Source: Marsupella aquatica (lineage: Eukaryota; Plantae; Marchantiophyta). Taken from it: DNA of 64,000 nt. The notes beneath the pieces are model-generated. The model saw only the letters and a list, made by a program, of their open reading frames with translations, was not told the origin of the DNA and made no database searches. The stretch is from positions 248,001 through 312,000 of the forward strand of contig OZ316893.1 in NCBI GenBank assembly GCA_973895155.1, written 5' to 3'. Shown here one piece after another: positions 62,118-64,000 of the stretch (positions within the stretch are counted from its first letter, which is position 1; each line of letters opens with the position of its first letter). Made by a program: the position numbers and the translations under genes.

Positions 62118-63024
62118 CGGCGGAGTAGGAATAGATTAGGATTAGGATTGGCTTAGTCAGGCTCTTGGGACAGGCACCTGCCTTAGGTACAGCAGCGCTG
62201 CCCTGCTGTCCAGCCTGCGTAGATTAGGATCTTCTAATAAGACACAGCCGTTTTCCGGCCTGACTGTCAGCTTAGTTAGAACCTTAGTCAGCGAATCTTC
62301 GGCGAGAGGACACCCCGTCCCTCGGCCCTTAGTATTTAGTGCACCCCTCGGTAGAGGCAGGGGGGTTTTTAGTTTCAGAGTCGGACATCCGCGGGATATG
62401 CGGGGAGTCCCGACCTCTGGGAATGAAAGAGTACCAAGGGGAGGGGTAGGACTAAGCTCGCCGGGCGAGTGCGGAGCCGGGCTCCGTTGTAGTGTGCACC
62501 CTCGGCCTTGAACCTGTTCATTCTAGGGCTGTCGGGTCAACTAAGTGTACGCATATGTTCCCTTTGTAGTAAAATCCTTTCCCATCATTTTCCTTCGTGT
62601 AAATCGAGATTGTATGCATGTGTGCGCATATGTGTGTGGGTTTCTCGAATATGGGTGGCAGCGCCAGGCCGAACGCACTACCCGAGACGTGCACAGGGTG
62701 CAGCCTGCGGGTAAGTGGTTGTGAGCACGGGTTGGGGACCTGTATCATCGAATCCGGATTGAAGGCGGACACCACAAAGGCTTAGAAGCCCTTAAGCCGG
62801 GGTCGATCCTGCTATCGACTAAGGTACGTTCCGGCGGCGGAACACAAACCATACCTAGGAGGTGTCCGTATTTAGCAGTAGGCGCACTTAGCGCTAGTTT
62901 ACGAGAATAAGGTGCATTACGTGCTTCCCTTCCTGCCCGAACCCTCAGATTTACGAGGGATGTGCCCGTCTACGCTGAAGTCTGAGTTAAGGCCGAAGCC
63001 TGTGACGTGACATAGCCTTTGTTT

Positions 63025-63042
63025 TGGCGCTAGATGGAGGGG
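63025..63042 (+). promoter_or_regulatory. Primer binding site, Tat-lineage-like
   Basis: TGGCGCTAGATGGAGGGG, 94 bp before the gag ATG. Resembles the TGGCGCTAGAAGGAGGG PBS I recall from Tat/Retand elements; the priming tRNA is not determined. Confidence 0.7.
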
Positions 63043-63135
63043 GCACTCTACATATCGTAGAGGGGAGACATGTGCGTATTCACCTAGGCAGGATACATCA
63101 GGACGTAGTACTAACCATTGCATTTATATGAGTAA

Positions 63136-64000
63136 ATGCCCGTCACTCGTTCTCAAGCAGCTTACTTGAGGAGATTGACCAGCAAACGAGAAAGTGCAAC
63201 CACAACAAGCTCCGACTCGTCGGGCTCGGAGGACTCGCAATCGTCCCGATGTATGAACATACCCCTGGGACCTTCGGGGTCCGGTTCGACCGGCCCTGCT
63301 GCGGTTCCACCACCACCACCACCACCACCTATGGCAGCCGCTCCACCGGTGGCCCGCGCTGCTCAAGCGCCTCCACAAATATCGCAACGATCGCGATTTC
63401 ATTATCGACCTTTCAAAGGGCGTCATGGGGATGATCCGGATGAATGGTTGGATGAGTTTGAAGCCACTGCTAAAGCTAATGGGGAAGACGCCATTAAGCT
63501 AATCGTCCTCCCGGGAGTGATGCGGGGAGAAGCTCGTCCATGGTACAACTCGTTACCACCTGGGACTACCTGGGCACAATTCCAAGCTGCATTGCTGCAG
63601 GAGTTTCGTGCCATTGGATCAGAACAGCGTTCTCTATTAAAGATTGGCCAGCTTCGCATGGGAAAAAAAGAGTCCCTGCGGAAGTTCATTCAAAAGTTTC
63701 AGAAACTTGCGGCCAAGATCCGGCCCAGACCAGGAGACGCACTCCAGCTTACATGGTTCCTTCATGGTTTGCCCACGAATATGCAATTATGGGTACGCCA
63801 GAATAATCCAATTTCAATGTAGGCAGCCATAGCGTGCGCCAAAACTTACCGGGAGTCCACCTATAACTCCCGGTGGAACCAGCGAGCATGCCGCAGGAAG
63901 GGTAAGTACGAAACCTTCAGTGACAGTGACTCCGAATCGGACGACGAGAGGAAGAAGAAACGCAAGAAGAAGAAGAAACATCGTTCGACCTCGTCCAGCT
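63136..64000 (+). pseudogene. gag: Retrotransposon gag (premature TAG at 63820, frame continues to the window end)
   Basis: PFKGRHGDDPDEWLDEFE..GEARPWY..TWAQFQAALLQEF..QLRMGKKESLRKFIQKFQKL..WFLHGL is a typical gypsy capsid region. Confidence 0.88.

Larger units (their letters stand above)
58997..63012 (+). repeat. About 4016-bp 5' LTR (family B) containing an ORF
   Basis: TGTGACGCC...GACGTGACA termini (7/9 inverted match). The start resembles family A TGTGATGCC, and the LTR shares a 3' motif with family A. GC rises at 58997. Confidence 0.7.
58997..64000 (+). mobile_element. Ty3/gypsy (Tat-like) retrotransposon, 5' part, continuing beyond the window
   Basis: Order is LTR-like segment, PBS-like TGGCGCTAGATGGAGGGG, then a retrotransposon gag. 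Confidence 0.85.

Noticed and set aside
1-64000. rRNA or tRNA genes, and RT, RNase H or RepHel coding regions
   Set aside because: No recognisable signatures were seen in either strand or in the ORF track.

Overview
Eukaryotic, land-plant-type DNA (scattered TTTAGGG motifs, plant copia/gypsy/Helitron signatures). A non-seed plant such as a liverwort is my guess, not proven. The window is almost entirely transposon-derived, with no confidently intact housekeeping gene. (1) A family of giant 4.0-4.7 kb TG...CA LTRs that carry a TATA box and an 860-1120 aa ORF inside the LTR itself. One is a complete solo unit with a perfect 5-bp TSD (14362-19021). It is nested in a second copy, which is nested in a third, which sits in a LINE ORF1. 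A diverged relative (58997-63012) is followed by a PBS and gag, tying the structure to a Ty3/gypsy element. Further homologues of the ORF occur at 20.5, 48.2 and 52.2 kb. (2) A truncated Ty1/copia element (22911-26351). (3) An AT-rich, open 438-codon frame with a TET/JBP-like 2OG-Fe(II) dioxygenase signature (26473-27789), probably the last exon of a spliced gene. (4) Helitron-like elements with cargo, and several minisatellite arrays. All protein family calls come from motif recognition by eye; no searches were run.
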